In this document: positions 46,808 through 56,736 of the stretch, in pieces
Layout of the letters: each line of letters begins with the position of its first letter
Position numbering within the stretch: the stretch's first letter is position 1
Source: Candidatus Poribacteria bacterium
Lineage (GTDB): Bacteria; Poribacteria; WGA-4E; PCPOR2b
Direction: 5' to 3'
DNA: 64,000 bases
NCBI GenBank assembly: GCA_965208325.1
Contig: OZ242326.1
Coordinates: forward strand, 256,001-320,000
Notes under the pieces: generated by a model
Databases searched by the model: none
What the model saw: the letters and a program-made list of their open reading frames with translations, nothing else
What the model was told of the DNA's origin: nothing
Translations under genes and position numbers: made by a program

Positions 46808-47450
46808 TGTAGGTTGGGTTGAGAGGAGATTATAAAAGGGCACAGTATTTTGTAAGCGATTTGTATGTTCTAATTGTTTAATTTAGCGAATGATGTAGCG
46901 TAACCCAACGCTATTCGTAAATCCAAACCGACTCGGTTTACGATACCTGTCGCAATTACCAAAAATCGTTTGGTTTTCTTGACGCAATTTGCAAAATGAG
47001 GTGTTCAATGCGCCATACAAATCTAACCTAGAATTGGTTATCGAATTGCTCGCTGCCACCAACCTACAAAAGCCCATATGCTTACGCATCACTCATTACG
47101 CATTATGCATTACTCATTACTCATTATTATTTTCTGTAGGTTGGGTTGAGCGGACACTGTGAAAAGCGCGCAGTATTTTTAAAGAGATTCGTATGTTCAG
47201 ATGGTTTGATTAATTGAATGATGTAGCGTAACCCAACGCTTTTCGTAGATCCGAACCGACTCGGTTTACGATACCTGTCGCAATTACCAAAAATCGTTTG
47301 GTTTTTCTTGACGCAATTTGCAAAATGAGGTGTTCAATGCGCTGTACAAATCTAACCTAGAATTGGTAATCGAATTGCTCGCTGCCGCCAACCTACAAAA
47401 GCCCATATGCTTACGCATCACTCATTACGCATTACTCATTACGCATTACT
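46808..47450. repeat. Tandem duplication (327-bp period) of a REPIN/MITE-like element with heptamer tail
   Basis: Copies at 46808-47068 and 47135-47397, bounded by TGTAGGTTGG...CCAACCTACA, each followed by (TTACGCA/TTACTCA)n. Confidence 0.85.
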
Positions 47451-47528
47451 CTTTGCCACAAGGCGCATGACCGCATGTGGATTTGAGACGATTTAGCAGA
47501 ATTCAGCGGAGATTTAGTTTTCTTGACA

Positions 47529-49358
47529 CTATTTCGCAATCACCATCCGCTTCATCTGATGAAGAGATGGCGTAGAAAGTCGGTAATAATACACACCGCT
47601 TGCCGCCCGTTCGCCCAAATCGTCGCGTCCGTCCCAATAGGCGGCGCGTGACCGGTTTTGATAGAAGCCTGCAGATTGGAATCCCAACGAAAGCGTCCGA
47701 ATTTCCCCGCCGTTTGCGTCATAAATTGACACGGTTACCGGTGCAGTTTCGGATAGGTGGTACGGAATCCATGTTTCCGGGTTGAACGGATTGGGATAGT
47801 TCTGCAGCAGAAGCGTTCGTTCGGGCGTTCCAACGCCGTCAAGCCTAACTGGCAAAACCGCGTTTATAAGTGCGTCGGGTGTTACTGTGAAATCGAACTT
47901 TTCTGAAGCAATCGCCCCGGTTGTGTCGGTCACGGTAATTCTTAACATGTCACCAACTTGTGCAATGTTGCGGCGCGAAATATTGGCGGTCGCTGCGGCG
48001 AAGTACCCATTTCGCACATCGCCTGTCGTAGTAACACCGGTGTCCAAGTTTTGCACTGTGAGGACGTAGCCATCGTGGTTTAGCTCGCTCTCTAAGTGTC
48101 CGCTGATAACAAAAGCCCAAACACCTGAAATCGTTTCGGCGCTAGGCGCCGCAACAATTGGCGGTTGATTCTTCCACGCGGCGCCAACAAATGAGACCTC
48201 CCGCGGCTGCAAAAGGTTGACGATGTAACCCTTCCCGCCTTCAATTGAAAATCCGTCGTCCGGTGCGTCAGGCGTCCACCCGATAAATCTCTGATTCTCC
48301 TCATCAAGGTCAACTACTATCGTCGCACCGACCATCTGCGCTAAGGAACGAGCAGTCATCGGCGTCGTTGGGTTAAGGGGAACTGAGAGCATGTTCAAGC
48401 CTTGAGCCAGAGATACAAGAAAAACGTTACTATACGCTTCGGCAGTCTCACCCGTAAAGGGGTTGGCAATAAATCCGTACCTGCGTCCATCTTGAGCGTC
48501 GTAGTAGCCAACTACCCGACCATCCTTGTCAATATCCCGCCCCACCGTGGTCACGCTGCCTGGGAATTTCAACTCATTCATCGTGCCATTCGGGTGGCGG
48601 ATGTAAGTGCGTTCGGGGCTATTCAACGCTTTCGCTCTGAACACGATGATACCGGCATCGTTTATTGCATTCACGAAAAGGTACTCTAAATTTGACAACA
48701 TGCCCGGAAAATTAAAAGTGATATAGCTGCCATCGGCCTGGCGTGCATACCCGTGATATACCCCATCGGCGTCGACGTAACTCCCAACTAGGATTCCGTC
48801 GGCGTTCATGTCGTCGGCATAAGTTGTCATTGCTCCCGGTACGTCGAACAGTTCATTCCCCACAAAGCCGTGAATTACCCCATCAGAATCAAAAATATCG
48901 CCTATAAGCAAGCCTGATTCACTAACGCCAAAAATTTCCGTTTCGGCTGCACCCGGAAAATCGAATTCTTCCAATTCACCGTGCTGAATGATTACACCGT
49001 GCGAGACCTCGTCTGCATCTTGATAGAATCCGACAGCCAGGCCCGCATTGTTGAGTCCGTAAATGCCAAAAGTGCGGGAATTGGGCACGTTATAAGCGGC
49101 ATAAACTCCGTCAATCAGCGTAAAGCCGACCATTTTCTCGCTGTCAAGGCCTCGGGCGTTGCCAGCGAAATGTCCGAGGTCATTGGTTGAAATCAACTCC
49201 AGAAATTCGACGCCGGGCACCTTAATTGTCTCAAAAACATAGTCTACAGCAGTTTCAGTTGGCTCAGACTGCACCCAGAGTTGTGCGTTCCCATTCATTG
49301 ATAAAAGAGTGAGCCAGACGATCGTGAGAAACGCGAAACGAAAAGCCAGGGTTTTCAT
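47529..49358 (-). CDS. Secreted repeat (beta-propeller-like) protein with C-terminal FlgD-Ig/T9SS-like domain
   Basis: Signal peptide; repeats PG...T...G.N..G..VG.Y.D.DG..HG; LLQNYPNPFNPETWIPY...RSRAAYWDGRD...SGVYYY. Confidence 0.85.
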   Translation of the reverse strand: MKTLAFRFAFLTIVWLTLLSMNGNAQLWVQSEPTETAVDYVFETIKVPGVEFLELISTNDLGHFAGNARGLDSEKMVGFTLIDGVYAAYNVPNSRTFGIYGLNNAGLAVGFYQDADEVSHGVIIQHGELEEFDFPGAAETEIFGVSESGLLIGDIFDSDGVIHGFVGNELFDVPGAMTTYADDMNADGILVGSYVDADGVYHGYARQADGSYITFNFPGMLSNLEYLFVNAINDAGIIVFRAKALNSPERTYIRHPNGTMNELKFPGSVTTVGRDIDKDGRVVGYYDAQDGRRYGFIANPFTGETAEAYSNVFLVSLAQGLNMLSVPLNPTTPMTARSLAQMVGATIVVDLDEENQRFIGWTPDAPDDGFSIEGGKGYIVNLLQPREVSFVGAAWKNQPPIVAAPSAETISGVWAFVISGHLESELNHDGYVLTVQNLDTGVTTTGDVRNGYFAAATANISRRNIAQVGDMLRITVTDTTGAIASEKFDFTVTPDALINAVLPVRLDGVGTPERTLLLQNYPNPFNPETWIPYHLSETAPVTVSIYDANGGEIRTLSLGFQSAGFYQNRSRAAYWDGRDDLGERAASGVYYYRLSTPSLHQMKRMVIAK

Positions 49359-49767
49359 TCGTGTGGGTCTCCTTGGTTGAGTGGATTAGCGCCGGTTTGC
49401 GCTAGAAATTGATGATCAATTAATTGACTGTTATGTGATTATTTTGAAGGACAAGCCGCTTCAAAACGGCACATTTAACAATAAGCTTTGGATTCGCCTT
49501 ACCGAGGCCTTAAAATGCTGAAACCGAATGTTTTGGAGGCGACATTCGTTCCAACCGTCGTCAAAGCCATGCCACTGTTTTAATCATCCATTTAACGGGT
49601 GGAATAGAAATGGGGCGTACCGAGAATACCGCTGTTATTTCACGGAAGGGTAAAATTGCCTTGGTGTTACTTCCATTTACGGATTGCACGTGTTTGCGGA
49701 CGAGAGTCGAATTAACTGACGTGTGAGAAGGTATGCGGTGCATCAATACAAAATACGGCCCTGCGAT

Positions 49768-51255
49768 TCATTCCCCAACTAAGCGTTGCATCAACACTTT
49801 GCGTGTTATGGGTTGAGTGAAATCCATGAGGTAAATTTGGAAGACATCGCTTCGGTCCGAAACAAATGCAAGTTTTGTACCGTCGGGCGAGAGTGCGGGT
49901 TGCATGGAGACACCGATACCGTTTGTAATACGCCGCTCGTTAGTTCCATCGGCATCCATCATGTAAATCTCCATATCTCCGTCCCGGGCCGACACAAAGA
50001 CAATCGTTCTCCCGTCTGCCGACACGACAGGGCTATAACAGTCGTAAGGATTTGGGTTAAGACGCATTTCGCCGCTTCCATCTAGGTGTATTGTGTAAAT
50101 CTGGTGCACTCTTTCGCGCCAGTGACCTCGTGAAGATACAAATGCAATCCGTTCCCCGTCGGGAAAGAAACTCGGGCTGCCGTCGTCCACTTCGTTATGC
50201 GTAACGGGACTTGATTCAATCTCGTCTGAATCAATGGTTTCAAGGTCTATACCCCTAAGGTCTAGTAAATACAGTTCCAGATTGCCCTCGCGGTTGGATT
50301 CGTAAACCACTCGCCGACGGTCGGCCGATACACATGGCGCGCGAACACCGAAGCCCACAGGTAGCAGTTCCCGTGTCACTTTGCTGAAAATGTGAGTCAC
50401 AGAAAAACCGGCATACGTCTTCGTTGAACCGCTGCTTTGGAGCAAGAGTTTTACTTCTCGAGTGGTTCTCGGTTCACGGCTGTAAAGAAGATAATGTGGA
50501 TTACTAAGGAACACCGGAGAGCTCTCATTAAAGTCAGCGGTGTAAGTGACCCGCTGGAGGATACGTCCATTAAGGTTCATTAGATAGATGTCGCCGCTAT
50601 CTGCTCGATACGAAGCAAAAGCGATTTGCGAACCATCCGGTGAAAATGCTGGCGAATAGCTGTCTTTTTCTCCATTTGTGAGTTGTGTTACGCTGTAGGA
50701 ATCCCCCACCAACCAACCGACTTCTTGTAATATCAAGTTGTCTGATGTAGATTTCACAATTGCCCGCAATTCATTAAATTCCGATCGTCGATCGCCCAAT
50801 TTGAGGTAGGTTTTTGCCAATCGTAGACGGGCTTGCACTCGCAGTTCCGGTTGCGCCGAATATAGATTAACCGCTATTTTCCAGTGTGCAATTGCTTCAT
50901 CGTACCGTCCTAACCCTTCATGAGCCGTTCCGAGCAGGTCGTGCACCCTAGGATTTCGCCTATCCCCGTCCAGAGTAACTTCCAATAGTTCGATTGCCTC
51001 TTGGTACTTGCCTGAACGAATGTGTTCTTCAATATGTTGAAGAGATTTATCCTCTCCAGCGCAGCCTATGGCGAAGACAACAAACATCAATGCAATCTGT
51101 AGTGTGTTACTTCTTATGTGTGAAACGTAATGCGTAGTACCTAATGCGTAATACGTAAATCGTAATTTTTGCTGTAAATTGTACATATGGGGAAATAGGC
51201 GACTTTCAACGCGTCGCAATTGGGCATCTCGAATGCTAAATCTAATGTGACGCAT
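49768..51255 (-). CDS. TPR plus TolB-like PD40 beta-propeller lipoprotein (start uncertain)
   Basis: Lipobox FAIGC; TPRs; repeated P.FSPDG..IAF.S.R.G..IY.M. Confidence 0.85.
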   Translation of the reverse strand: MRHIRFSIRDAQLRRVESRLFPHMYNLQQKLRFTYYALGTTHYVSHIRSNTLQIALMFVVFAIGCAGEDKSLQHIEEHIRSGKYQEAIELLEVTLDGDRRNPRVHDLLGTAHEGLGRYDEAIAHWKIAVNLYSAQPELRVQARLRLAKTYLKLGDRRSEFNELRAIVKSTSDNLILQEVGWLVGDSYSVTQLTNGEKDSYSPAFSPDGSQIAFASYRADSGDIYLMNLNGRILQRVTYTADFNESSPVFLSNPHYLLYSREPRTTREVKLLLQSSGSTKTYAGFSVTHIFSKVTRELLPVGFGVRAPCVSADRRRVVYESNREGNLELYLLDLRGIDLETIDSDEIESSPVTHNEVDDGSPSFFPDGERIAFVSSRGHWRERVHQIYTIHLDGSGEMRLNPNPYDCYSPVVSADGRTIVFVSARDGDMEIYMMDADGTNERRITNGIGVSMQPALSPDGTKLAFVSDRSDVFQIYLMDFTQPITRKVLMQRLVGE

Positions 51256-51384
51256 TGGTGTTGTTGCTGCGTGAAAGCAGTTCGCGATTACTGATGTTCA
51301 CCCTATGGGTTCAAGCGCGGTGATTAACGAAAACACCGCTCAATCAATTCGTCCATATCGGGGTAGATGTAGCGCATATCTTGG

Positions 51385-52488
51385 TCACTTAATCCATCCG
51401 CCGCCGATTACGATGTCTCCGTCGTAGAACACCGCAGCTTGCCCCGGCGTAACAGCGCGGCGCGGCTGATCAAACTTGACCTCAGCTTCTGTTTCGCTCA
51501 GCGGAGTAATTTTCGCCGGCGCCCCTTCATCCTTGGAACGGATTTTTACCAGAGCATTGATCGGCGCTGTAAGGGTTTCCACTCCAACGAGATTCATCCG
51601 CTCAACCCGCAGGCTATCCCGCAATAGCGACGCTGCCTCACCGACAATAATAGTGTTGTCGGTAACGTTTACCTCGGTGACATATAGCGGGGTCCCGGTT
51701 GCTATACCTAATCCCCGGCGTTGCCCAACTGTGTAGAAAGGCAACCCGTGATGTTTGCCGAGCACTATGCCGTCTTCATCAACAATGTCTCCATCCGGTA
51801 TATTATCAGTGGCACAATCCTTTAAGAAACGTCTATAGTTCCCATCTTCGATGAAGCACAACTCCTGACTCTCCATTTTTTCCGCACTTCGCAGTTTGTA
51901 TTTTCGCGCAATTTCCCTCACCTGGTTTTTCGTGTACCCACCGAGCGGCATGCGTGACTGGCTCAACTGTTTCTGCGTTAAGGCAAACAAAAAATATGAT
52001 TGATCTTTCCGGGAATCCACTCCCTTTTTGAGGATGTAGCGTCCGGTGTCGCGGTTCTGTTCAATTTTGGCATAATGCCCGGTGGCAATGTAATCCGCCT
52101 CCAGATTCGCCGCAAGACTGAGGAGTTTCCCGAACTTCACCTCACGATTACAAACCACGCATGGATTCGGCGTCCGTCCGGAAAGGTATTCCTTGACGAA
52201 GTAATCAATGACGTTTTGGCGAAACTGCTCCTCATAATTCACCGCGTAGAAAGGTATACCTAACTTCATGGCAACGCGTCGTGCATCGTCTATTACATCG
52301 GGAGAAATGCAATTTGGTTTATCGGTCTCCACGTCCATCTTATCTAGGGAGCCGAGTCGCATTGTTACTCCGATAACGTCGAATCCAGCTTCAACCAACA
52401 ATGCTGTGCTGACGGAACTGTCAACACCCCCGCTCATTGCGGCGACAATTCTCACTTTATCGGCAGAATCAGATTTGGATTTGGACAT
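51385..52488 (-). CDS. mnmA: tRNA-specific 2-thiouridylase
   Basis: AMSGGVDSS, TPNPCVVCN, ATGHY, KDQSYFL, ESQELCF, YTVGQRRGLG, TPGQ. Confidence 0.96.
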   Translation of the reverse strand: MSKSKSDSADKVRIVAAMSGGVDSSVSTALLVEAGFDVIGVTMRLGSLDKMDVETDKPNCISPDVIDDARRVAMKLGIPFYAVNYEEQFRQNVIDYFVKEYLSGRTPNPCVVCNREVKFGKLLSLAANLEADYIATGHYAKIEQNRDTGRYILKKGVDSRKDQSYFLFALTQKQLSQSRMPLGGYTKNQVREIARKYKLRSAEKMESQELCFIEDGNYRRFLKDCATDNIPDGDIVDEDGIVLGKHHGLPFYTVGQRRGLGIATGTPLYVTEVNVTDNTIIVGEAASLLRDSLRVERMNLVGVETLTAPINALVKIRSKDEGAPAKITPLSETEAEVKFDQPRRAVTPGQAAVFYDGDIVIGGGWIK

Positions 52489-52575
52489 AACAAACGCAAT
52501 GGTACCCAGGGATTTTTGGGAGAGGAAATTAATAACTTAGCGATTCGATTGATGACGGTGAGTTAACTGCAATGT

Positions 52576-54306
52576 TCAACACGCCCCACATTTTTTGCAC
52601 ACGACTGTATCGCACGAACTCGTCATGAATCCCTTCTGATGCTTGTTGTGTTCCAGTCGCAAGAATTCTGGCATGACATTTAGGTCCAGGTGACTCCACG
52701 GATGGCGCTCGTCGATTAATCGAGGGCGCAGCGCATAGAAGTCAGGGTCCAAACCGTGATTTTTAAAGGCTTGTTTCCATGCCGTGCCTCTTGAGAGATC
52801 TAGTATCACTGGACCAAGCCGTCGATCACCGCGTGCAAAAACCGCCTCCTGATAAGCGAGCCGAGCGCTTGCTGACGATACCTTCATTCCACCCAAGCGG
52901 CCTATCTCGGTTTTCAGAAATGCCAGTTTTCGAGAAATTGTTTTTGAATCCTCCATTGCTACCCACTGGAATGGGGTGTGCGGTTTGGGAACCATAGGGG
53001 AAATCGTATAGCTAATTCGCGCCATTCGTCCACATCTTTTTGCATGAGGCAGCAGGATGGATCGCATTTCCGTTGCCATGTCCACAATAGCTTCAACATC
53101 ACGTAAGGTTTCGTAAGGTACGCCAATGAGGAAATATAGGCGGAGGTTTAGAATGTTTCGCTTTAATGCCTCTTCAAATACGTGATACAGTCGTTCGCGC
53201 GGAATTGCTTTATTTACAACCTTTTGAAGATTATCGGTGGCGACTTCCGGGGCAATAGTGATTGTACCTTGTTCGCTTTCAGCGAGTGCGTCTAGCAATG
53301 GTGCCCGAACGGTTTCCGCGCGGAGCGAAGCGCAAGAGATGCGAAACCCTCGATTTACCAAGCCCGTAGCGATTTCATCAATCTGTGGATGATCGGAAAT
53401 CGAGGCACCAACTAAGCCAATGCGGTTGGTGATGCCGCTTGCCTGCTCCGCAAGTTGCAACGTGTTTTCAACAGAGCGGTGTCGAGGCCAACGCCGTGCG
53501 TAGTCAGCAACACAGAATCGGCATTGGCGTCCGCAGCCTCGCACAATCTCAATCAGATGGGCATTGGAAAACTCTGTTTCAGGGGTGAAAATTTTGGTGC
53601 AGGTTTCAGCGTTATCAAGGTTGGAAATGGCGGCGGCCGTTACTTTTTCTGAAGCAGGGGATTTTGAGTGGATATTTTCGATTGTGCCGTCACTCTTGTA
53701 GCGGACTTGGTAGAATTGGGGGACATAAATTCCAGGTTCGCTCGCAAGTGTGTGCAATAGGTCTGCTTTGGACGCTTTACTTGCTTTCCACTCCACGAAT
53801 CTATCCATTAGATGCTGGATAGAATTTTCAGCTTCACCGACCACGAAGACATCAATAAAATCTGTAATGGGTTCGGGATTATAAGCGATATTAATGCCGC
53901 CCGCAATTATCAGAGGGTGGGTTTGATCTCTATCAACGGCAAGCGGCGGGATTTTGGCAATCTCTAGGGCGAGGGGAATATTGACATAATCCGACTCAAA
54001 TGAAACGGAAAACCCAACCAGATCAAATTCGTTCAATCGAGTCTGGGTTTCAAAAGAAAAGAGAGAAGTCCCGCTCCGTCTGAGTTCATGGAGGGTAGGT
54101 GCTTCGGGAATGAATGCCCGCTCACAAGCCGTGTCATCCCGGTGGTTCAATGTGTCGTAAATAACTTGCACCCCAAGACTGGACATCCCGAGGTAATACG
54201 TGCTGGGATAAACTAAGGCGAATCGCACCGGCTTCCGGTAGTTGAAGCGCGGACGATGCTCTCTATCCAGCAAATTTCTGTACGTTTGGCGCAAGTCGCG
54301 TCGCAT
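52576..54306 (-). CDS. B12-binding-like radical SAM protein (TIGR03960-like)
   Basis: YPSTYYLGMSSLG, EIVRGCGRQCRFC, TIAPE, PKPHTPFQW, C-terminal C...CxxCGAC. Confidence 0.85.
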   Translation of the reverse strand: MRRDLRQTYRNLLDREHRPRFNYRKPVRFALVYPSTYYLGMSSLGVQVIYDTLNHRDDTACERAFIPEAPTLHELRRSGTSLFSFETQTRLNEFDLVGFSVSFESDYVNIPLALEIAKIPPLAVDRDQTHPLIIAGGINIAYNPEPITDFIDVFVVGEAENSIQHLMDRFVEWKASKASKADLLHTLASEPGIYVPQFYQVRYKSDGTIENIHSKSPASEKVTAAAISNLDNAETCTKIFTPETEFSNAHLIEIVRGCGRQCRFCVADYARRWPRHRSVENTLQLAEQASGITNRIGLVGASISDHPQIDEIATGLVNRGFRISCASLRAETVRAPLLDALAESEQGTITIAPEVATDNLQKVVNKAIPRERLYHVFEEALKRNILNLRLYFLIGVPYETLRDVEAIVDMATEMRSILLPHAKRCGRMARISYTISPMVPKPHTPFQWVAMEDSKTISRKLAFLKTEIGRLGGMKVSSASARLAYQEAVFARGDRRLGPVILDLSRGTAWKQAFKNHGLDPDFYALRPRLIDERHPWSHLDLNVMPEFLRLEHNKHQKGFMTSSCDTVVCKKCGAC

Positions 54307-54337
54307 GCTAATCGCATCTACTTAGCGTTAAAATTCC

Positions 54338-55522
54338 TTACTTTTTGTCCTTTGAGCCCCGCAACCGAATGAATGTCGGTACATCCCACTGATCCTCGGT
54401 GTTTTCTGAAGCCTCCGGTTTTACCTGTTTGCCAGTGCCCTGCTGATTCGCACGCTCTTGTTCGGATCGTTGGTTCTTGCCAACGAGAAACTTCTCAAAA
54501 TCAATTACGTCGCCATCCCTTGGAACGGTCTGCATCCCGGCTTTTATGTTTGAGTTGAATCCTGTAGCGATCACAGTTACCCGGAGTTCATCTTCCAAAT
54601 CATCGTTGTAAGCAAGCCCAAAAATCAATTGGTCTGTGTCTGACGCATCTCTAATTACATCCATGGCGCCCTCTAACTCATGCATCATCATATCAGAGGG
54701 GCCCGTGATATTCACTATGATTCCCGATGCACCTTCAATGGAACTCTCTTCTAACAGTGGCGAGGAGATGGCGTGTTGTGCCGCAATCTGCGCACGGTTA
54801 TCTCCAGATGCAAAACCTATCCCCATTAACGCACCGCCAGAGTCAGACATTATCGTCTTGACATCAGCAAAATCAAGATTAATTTCACCCGGTACCATAA
54901 TAAGATCGGAGATGCTCTGGACTGCATGGAGTAGAATCTGATCGCCCATGCGAAAAGCCAAACGAATAGGTAGTTTCCGATCCACAACCTCCATCAGGCG
55001 TTGGTTGGGTATAACAATTACGGAATCCGCACATTCTTGGATGTTTTTTAGGCCGTCTTCAGCTTGGTTAGCTCGCTTGCTGCCCTCAAAATCAAATGGT
55101 CGCGTCATGACGCCGATAGTCAATGCCCCGCTTTCCTTGGCTAGGCTTGCAATCACGGGGGCTGCACCCGTTCCAGTTCCGCCTCCCATGCCGGCAGTCA
55201 CAAAAACCATGTCTGCCCCTTCAACGATGCTTTTCAGTTTATCTTTATCCTCTTCCGCAGCTTTACGTCCTTTTTCGGGATCAGCGCCTGCGCCAAGTCC
55301 GCTCGTCGTGTTAATGCCTACTTGCACCCTTGTTGTGTTATGGCATGTTCGCAGTGCTTGCAAATCTGTATTGACCACATAAAACTCTACGCCAGTCAAT
55401 TCTGCTTCAATCATGCGCTTTACTGCGTTACTTCCTCCACCGCCAACGCCAATAACTTTAATTTTCGCTAAATCTTCAAATTCATCCTGTTCAAATTCAA
55501 TCATGTTAATTTCGATTACCAT
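54338..55522 (-). CDS. ftsZ: Cell division protein FtsZ
   Basis: VIGVGGGGSNAV, NTDLQAL, GMGGGTGTG, NLDFAD, C-terminal DVPTFIR; start may be 55504. Confidence 0.97.
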   Translation of the reverse strand: MVIEINMIEFEQDEFEDLAKIKVIGVGGGGSNAVKRMIEAELTGVEFYVVNTDLQALRTCHNTTRVQVGINTTSGLGAGADPEKGRKAAEEDKDKLKSIVEGADMVFVTAGMGGGTGTGAAPVIASLAKESGALTIGVMTRPFDFEGSKRANQAEDGLKNIQECADSVIVIPNQRLMEVVDRKLPIRLAFRMGDQILLHAVQSISDLIMVPGEINLDFADVKTIMSDSGGALMGIGFASGDNRAQIAAQHAISSPLLEESSIEGASGIIVNITGPSDMMMHELEGAMDVIRDASDTDQLIFGLAYNDDLEDELRVTVIATGFNSNIKAGMQTVPRDGDVIDFEKFLVGKNQRSEQERANQQGTGKQVKPEASENTEDQWDVPTFIRLRGSKDKK

Positions 55523-55735
55523 TTATCAATTTCAGTAATCTAATTCCTCCTTTGTCTTGCACCGCACGAGATTAATAAGACTTGTAAACATGCCGGATAA
55601 TGTAAATTGGCAAACAATAAGCTGTCGGAGTTTAAGAAATCATGCAGGCTTGAGGTCATTCCAGCCATGATTGGGTGAAAATCAGCGACTATCCCACAAC
55701 TAGACTGCTCCCCATCATACGGGAATACACTAGAG

Positions 55736-55764
55736 ATTATAAATTACTACTCAGTTAAAGTCAA
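55736..55764 (-). promoter_or_regulatory. Near-consensus sigma70 promoter for ftsZ
   Basis: TTGACT-17-TATAAT on the minus strand. Confidence 0.65.
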
Positions 55765-55784
55765 TGTTTTTTTTGATAATATGA

Positions 55785-56675
55785 CTAAGTTTTATTTTCC
55801 TTAAGGGGATTGGCTAATGTTTGGATTATATCAGTAAGGTCGTAAAAAGAACTTCGACTATCCGCAGCGTGATTCGCAGGGAGGTTTTCGTCAACAAAGC
55901 GGTATATGTCCGCAGCCCCAGCCAAAATTTTAGGGGTTAAACCGACCTGTGCGAATGTCGCCGAAATTTCCTCCATCTCAGCAATCCAACGATGAGATTT
56001 CGGCGGCATCATCGGTACGTTTCGTTCCATGCGTTCAAAAAGCATAGATTGGCTCATTTTAAGTTCGGTCTTGAGCGGATCTAAGACGCCCATGGCTTCC
56101 GCCGCGGTTAATAGTTCCGTGCAAAGTGCGGTCAACCCCTTGGTCAGCGATGCGTAGCACATCTTGATTGCCGAGGCTAGCCCGATTTCTTCGCCGAGAA
56201 GAATGACATCTAATCCGTACCGATTTAACGATTCAATCATGCGGGCGTCACGTCCTGATGCATAAAAACGTGTCGCACCAGACGTTCTGGGCGGAGGTCC
56301 GATAATTGATGCATCGACAAATCCCCCTCCCGCGTTTGTAATAATGCCCTCAATTCTGTGAACGGTCTCAGGGGAAACCGCATTGCAGTCGGCATAGACG
56401 AGATTCGTGTCGGTTTCGGCAAGTGCATTTGCGACTTTATTTGCAGCATTTACTGCCTGGCCAGGGGGGAGAATCGACAATATGACATCAGCGCCGCAAA
56501 TAAGCGCGTGATATGTTGGCACATCAACGATACCCGCGCGCGCAGAAAAGGTTCGCGTGCGTTTTCTCCTGCCCTGCAAACATGTAATCACATTCAAACC
56601 ATGTGAACCTAATACACGCCCCACGATATGCCCCATATCGCCAGGACTCAGAATTCCTATGGTTTTCAACAACAT
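55785..56675 (-). CDS. NAD(P)-dependent oxidoreductase, 6PGD/HIBADH family with DUF1932
   Basis: GILSPGDMG, DCNAVSP, DASIIGPPP, ASAIKMCYA, RWIAEMEEI. Confidence 0.85.
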   Translation of the reverse strand: MLLKTIGILSPGDMGHIVGRVLGSHGLNVITCLQGRRKRTRTFSARAGIVDVPTYHALICGADVILSILPPGQAVNAANKVANALAETDTNLVYADCNAVSPETVHRIEGIITNAGGGFVDASIIGPPPRTSGATRFYASGRDARMIESLNRYGLDVILLGEEIGLASAIKMCYASLTKGLTALCTELLTAAEAMGVLDPLKTELKMSQSMLFERMERNVPMMPPKSHRWIAEMEEISATFAQVGLTPKILAGAADIYRFVDENLPANHAADSRSSFYDLTDIIQTLANPLKENKT

Positions 56676-56736
56676 TAATCAATCTCCTCGTTCAATGTAT
56701 TTCATTCCGCTGGACAATTTGCCTTCTCGACGTTTT

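Noticed and set aside
46883..47092. 69-aa ORF inside the duplicated element
   Set aside because: Lies within non-coding repeat and heptamer sequence, with no recognisable protein features
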